Shown here: positions 47,225 to 51,124 of the stretch, piece after piece | How the letters are laid out: each line of letters opens with the position of its first letter | How positions within the stretch are numbered: position 1 is the stretch's first letter | Assembly: GCA_044352465.1 (NCBI GenBank) | Contig: JBILDU010000008.1 | Location: forward strand, 1 to 51,124 | Reading direction: 5' to 3' | Length of the DNA stretch: 51,124 bases | From: Bdellovibrionota bacterium | Lineage (GTDB): Bacteria > Bdellovibrionota_C > UBA2361 | Program-made: the position numbers and the translations under genes | Notes under the pieces: model-generated | Database searches by the model: none | What the model was told of the DNA's origin: nothing | Seen by the model: only the letters and a program-made list of their open reading frames with translations

Positions 47225-49309
47225 CTACTTGAGGGTCACTGTACACTCAGCCGGGATATCCACCTTCCCACCCACGGCGAAAAGCATCATCGTATGGCGC
47301 CTTGTTGAGATTCGCCGAGGCTGGCTCCTTTTTCCGCCGATCGTCCGAAAAGGTGCGGAGAATCGTCCAACAAATTCGACCTCTTTTAACCCGCGCCACC
47401 GCTCCTGGGCGGTGAGAAGAAATATGCGATATCCCTTGCGATGAAAGTAATCGTATAACGCCTGCCGACTCGCTGGTGTTGGGAAATCCTTGTAGTGAAA
47501 AGCGAAGGTCGCCCGCCGATACGTGAAACGGAGTGGGGTAACGAGGGGTGTTTCGGGGACCCCTCTCTTTTCGATAAAAAATATACTTCGCCCCACCGCC
47601 ATGCGATCGAGGCAGGCGACGAAGTTGTAAAACTCCAGCCCCTCGCGCAACGACAGACGAGTTACCGCTGACGGCAGTAGTGAGATCGAAACGATCAGAA
47701 AGTAGCCCCACCGAATGAGTGTCGCCCGACCCACATAACGCTTGGCAAATAGGTCAACCGCGACCGCACCGCAGATTATTCCGAGCGGAAGAAGTTCACT
47801 CGCGAGGTATCGCCCAAAATAGTAGAGGTACGGAGTTGCGAGCGGATAAAGCGAGAAGACCCCGAGAAACCCCGCCGCAAGCACGGCAACCGGCGCCACG
47901 ACCGCGCGCTGAAGACCGATGCGCCCGACCACGGGGAGCGCGAGAAGAAATGCGATCGCACCTCCGTAGGAGAGCATCACTGCAAGCGTGTGGAGCGACA
48001 GAAAACCGAGCGAGCCAAAGCCTAAGCCGACCATCTGCCACCGCGCGTCGAACCAGCGGTGACCGACGTAGGCGTCGGTAAAGCCGAGGAGATATCCTCG
48101 ATAAAGCGCGGAGGCGATAAGAGCCCCAACGAGGAGGAGCGTCACCCGAACTCCCCAGCGTAGCCCCCACCGTGCAGCTACCCGAGCGAGAGAGGGAATG
48201 GTGAGAAGGAGCACTCCACCGAGTCCCCAGATAAGCCCTAGGGCGAGAAAAAAATACTCACGCTGCGCCAGCATGGCGGGGGTAATCCCGAGCTTGCCTG
48301 TATAAATGCCGGTCGCATAATGGGGCGAGTAGGTGAGCCCCCAGGTAACGCTCAGGGCATACACCACGATAAAGCCAAGCCCCACCGCGATAGCAGAGCG
48401 ATCCCGTCGCTTCATCACGATCCAGAGAAGTGCTACCAGCAGAAGCGGCAGGGTTATAAAGCCGGTGATTCGGGTCAAAAAGAGACCACCGAGCGGCAGA
48501 ATCGAGAGATACCCCCTTTGCCCCACGAGGAGCGCCAGCGCTGCCATGAAGAAGAAGCCGGCAAGCCCCTCCGAAACCGGTGCGGTCCCGAAATAACTGA
48601 GGGTAGGGTTAGTCGCCAAGAGCGCTGCAGCGAGAAGTGTCGCTCCGTTTGAGCGGGAAAGCCGCCACGTCACGAGCGCCCCTCCAATGACGGTGAGGGT
48701 CGAGAAAACAGCGATGACAAGCCCCTGCCACTCTACTCCAAAGAGCCATTGACCGATCGCCAGCCACACCGGATTTAAAAAATAAAACTGGGGTAACCAC
48801 TCGTTCTTGTCGAAATCGCGGAGATAGGTTCCCGCCACAAGGTTCCCGTACCACGTCCCATCGGGAAGTTTATTGACGTGACGGATTGAGCGCTCAACGT
48901 AGTATTGGCGGAGTTCAGGATTATCGAGGAGCTCAGGAAGAAGCTCATCTTTGATGACAGCGGTCCCGTTATGGGCGAAGTAACTCGCGACGTTGAAATA
49001 GACCCCGGGGTCTTGTCCACCGTAAACATAGGGGGAAACGTTGAGGCGCAGGAGGAGCGCCAGAAGCGCTATCCCGAGGATGGAGAGCTCCAACCGATTA
49101 CAACGAAAGGTACGACGACAGCCCCAAGTCAGGAGCACCGCCGCAATCCCCGCTCCCCCCGCAACGACGAGGATATTAGATGGGGTAAAGATCGCCCGAT
49201 CAAGACACCATAACGCCCCAAACGAGAGAAGAGAGAGGAAAACCGCGAGGGTGAAAAAACACCCCTCGAGCATCCCCACCCCTTGATGGCCATCCTTTGT
49301 CCGTATCAT
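47225..49309 (-). CDS. GT-C superfamily (PMT/ArnT-like) membrane glycosyltransferase
   Basis: More than 12 hydrophobic segments; GQDPGVY acidic loop after an early TM; P.SE, LTR, RY motifs; soluble C-terminal domain. Confidence 0.7.
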   Translation of the reverse strand: MIRTKDGHQGVGMLEGCFFTLAVFLSLLSFGALWCLDRAIFTPSNILVVAGGAGIAAVLLTWGCRRTFRCNRLELSILGIALLALLLRLNVSPYVYGGQDPGVYFNVASYFAHNGTAVIKDELLPELLDNPELRQYYVERSIRHVNKLPDGTWYGNLVAGTYLRDFDKNEWLPQFYFLNPVWLAIGQWLFGVEWQGLVIAVFSTLTVIGGALVTWRLSRSNGATLLAAALLATNPTLSYFGTAPVSEGLAGFFFMAALALLVGQRGYLSILPLGGLFLTRITGFITLPLLLVALLWIVMKRRDRSAIAVGLGFIVVYALSVTWGLTYSPHYATGIYTGKLGITPAMLAQREYFFLALGLIWGLGGVLLLTIPSLARVAARWGLRWGVRVTLLLVGALIASALYRGYLLGFTDAYVGHRWFDARWQMVGLGFGSLGFLSLHTLAVMLSYGGAIAFLLALPVVGRIGLQRAVVAPVAVLAAGFLGVFSLYPLATPYLYYFGRYLASELLPLGIICGAVAVDLFAKRYVGRATLIRWGYFLIVSISLLPSAVTRLSLREGLEFYNFVACLDRMAVGRSIFFIEKRGVPETPLVTPLRFTYRRATFAFHYKDFPTPASRQALYDYFHRKGYRIFLLTAQERWRGLKEVEFVGRFSAPFRTIGGKRSQPRRISTRRHTMMLFAVGGKVDIPAECTVTLK

Positions 49310-49436
49310 TAACGTAAAGATACGCTATTTAAATCGCGATAGAAGCCCCCGACACGAACTTTACGCACCCAGCACGGTTGCCCAGTCCAAGGAGATAGTC
49401 TTCGCGATGGAGGGGCAGGGGCAAGGCCCCCTAAGC

Positions 49437-51110
49437 CTAAACCGCGCTCGTGCCGCGCTGCTCCATATGGGCCCTCAGGAAATCGTTCCGGACCTTCTCC
49501 CGCTGAGACCACGGGGACTCGATAAAATGCGGTTTGCCCTGCTCGTCTGTGTAGAAAGCGATCAGACGACCGGGATCGATCCCATCGATCGGTCCTGAGG
49601 CGTCCCACCCGTAGGCGATTCCTCCCTCGGTCATCAACCAGTCACCGCTCTGGAGATCCGCCGGTAAGCGGTGGGCTTGATCGGTCGCTATCGAGGGGAA
49701 CACATCGTTCGGTCGATTCGAGCTACCGTACACCATCTGCCCGACTTTCGGTCCCGCGTGATCGGCTCGTACCGGCATCAATTCATAGAAAGCATCGTCG
49801 TGATCGTTCCCCGAGAGAATGCCTTGCCGAGTGGCTGCCCACCGTACCGTCGTCGCACCGGTGAAATTCGCCTCTATTCCGGCGACAACCTGCGACATCA
49901 TGAAGCCTGCCGCCGCACAGGTCACCCGTCCCGGCTCAGCGGCAAGACACGCGGGCTGCCCGATCAGGCTTTCTATCGCATCACGAAAACTCGCCACCTC
50001 AGCCCCAATGCCGGCGAGAACTCGCTTCCCCGAGGTCTGCTGCTTCGTCGCCACCCGCTCGTCGCAGATTCCGCCACCGATGTTGTAATTCTCGACGACG
50101 ATCGGTTGCTCAAGTTCAAGCGCCATCTTTGTTAACTTGTACGCCGTCCGCAGGGCACGGGCGTAGTCCTTCTTATTGGTGCTCTGGGTACCTACGTGGA
50201 ATGCCCAGCCGAAGTTCTCAAAGCCCTTCGCGCGTGCTTCCGCGAGCAGCTCGATGACTTTACGTTTATCTTCGTCCGTCGCCACCGGCATTCCGAACTT
50301 CGCGCTCAAGTTCGCTACCACACTGGCACCGGTCGCCTTGTACCGGATAAAGATCACCACATCCTTGGCCAAACCAGCCGTAATAAGCCGGTCCAACTCC
50401 TGCACCGAGTCGATAGTGACTCCCCACGGGGATAACGTCGGATCAGCGACCAGTCGTAACGTCTCCGGCGTTTTATGGGGGTGCGATACGATGACATCCC
50501 TTGGTGAGACGCCCGCACCAGCGCTCATCCACATCTCACCGGCCGAAGCAGCGTCGTGTCCGAAACCGGTTGCCGCCTGACACATGAGCGCAATCGGATC
50601 ACAAAAAGTTTTGATCGGCAGAAAGATCTTATCGATGCCCGGGGGCCGATCGCCGAGACGCCGCTGGAGATCCGCCCGGGTTTCCCCTGGCCGTAGGAAA
50701 TCCACCTCGCGAAGGTAACGCCCCACGTTTCGCATCGTTGCCGCGTACGTTTGCAGATCGAGAAAAGTGATCGTACCGCTCGCGTCGGGGTTCTGCTCTA
50801 AAAACGCTTGCGCCACTCCCTGAAAGCGCGCGGTGCGGAGCGCATTATCGGTCGGCAGATGGCTCAGCGGCACCCCTCCCACCGTCGCGTGGCTATCGAT
50901 CTGGCGAATCGTCTCCCGAAAAAAATCTTTCAGCTCCTGCCCGTGGCTCTCCCAAAATCGACGCGCCGCCTCGAAATGGGGTGCTTGGAAGTCGGCCAGT
51001 GCCGACAGCGTGTACGGCACCGCAGTATCGAACTGATCGTGAATCACCAACTTCGCGGGGGGAATCTTATTAAAATCGGTTGCGCCATCGGTAAGGCGGG
51101 GGCCGTACAC
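49437..51110 (-). CDS. Fold-type III PLP enzyme of the Orn/Lys/Arg decarboxylase class, divergent; frame open to the window edge, so the true start may lie outside
   Basis: LPIKT (PLP Lys), DAASAGE, HPHKT, IDSVQEL, SAKFG, FHVGTQ, NIGGG, AEPGR. Confidence 0.8.
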   Translation of the reverse strand: MYGPRLTDGATDFNKIPPAKLVIHDQFDTAVPYTLSALADFQAPHFEAARRFWESHGQELKDFFRETIRQIDSHATVGGVPLSHLPTDNALRTARFQGVAQAFLEQNPDASGTITFLDLQTYAATMRNVGRYLREVDFLRPGETRADLQRRLGDRPPGIDKIFLPIKTFCDPIALMCQAATGFGHDAASAGEMWMSAGAGVSPRDVIVSHPHKTPETLRLVADPTLSPWGVTIDSVQELDRLITAGLAKDVVIFIRYKATGASVVANLSAKFGMPVATDEDKRKVIELLAEARAKGFENFGWAFHVGTQSTNKKDYARALRTAYKLTKMALELEQPIVVENYNIGGGICDERVATKQQTSGKRVLAGIGAEVASFRDAIESLIGQPACLAAEPGRVTCAAAGFMMSQVVAGIEANFTGATTVRWAATRQGILSGNDHDDAFYELMPVRADHAGPKVGQMVYGSSNRPNDVFPSIATDQAHRLPADLQSGDWLMTEGGIAYGWDASGPIDGIDPGRLIAFYTDEQGKPHFIESPWSQREKVRNDFLRAHMEQRGTSAV

Positions 51111-51124
51111 CGCGAGGAGGCACC

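Overview
A GC-rich bacterial chromosomal segment. Gene content and order suggest a deltaproteobacterial/Bdellovibrionota-like lineage (inference only). Core genes: grpE-dnaK-dnaJ, recO, guaB-maf-yggS, yggT, the elongasome operon mreB-mreC-mreD-mrdA-rodA, rplS, galU, a LOG-family gene and rnhB-yraN. Envelope and glycan genes are interspersed: a bactofilin, a transpeptidase-only PBP, three GT4 glycosyltransferases, asnB plus WbpO/TviB-like and WbpP/TviC-like genes, and a GT-C membrane glycosyltransferase. The standout is one uninterrupted 606-aa ORF (29256..31076, -) fusing two ADP-heptose pathway enzymes (HldC/RfaE-II adenylyltransferase and GmhB phosphatase) to a histidine-kinase core, a candidate metabolite-gated signalling enzyme. 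Other oddities: an ODC-fold PLP enzyme whose catalytic Cys-Asp pair reads Asn-Arg; a HEAT-repeat lipoprotein with a clan-CD His/Cys protease-like tail; an enlarged PepT-like peptidase with an altered metal ligand; two tandem secreted proteins sharing a 4-Cys beta domain; an orphan fliN beside an IS3 remnant; an orphan strong terminator that may end an sRNA; and degenerate dispersed intergenic repeats. No tRNA, rRNA or CRISPR array was recognised. All family calls come from motif recognition by eye; no searches were run.
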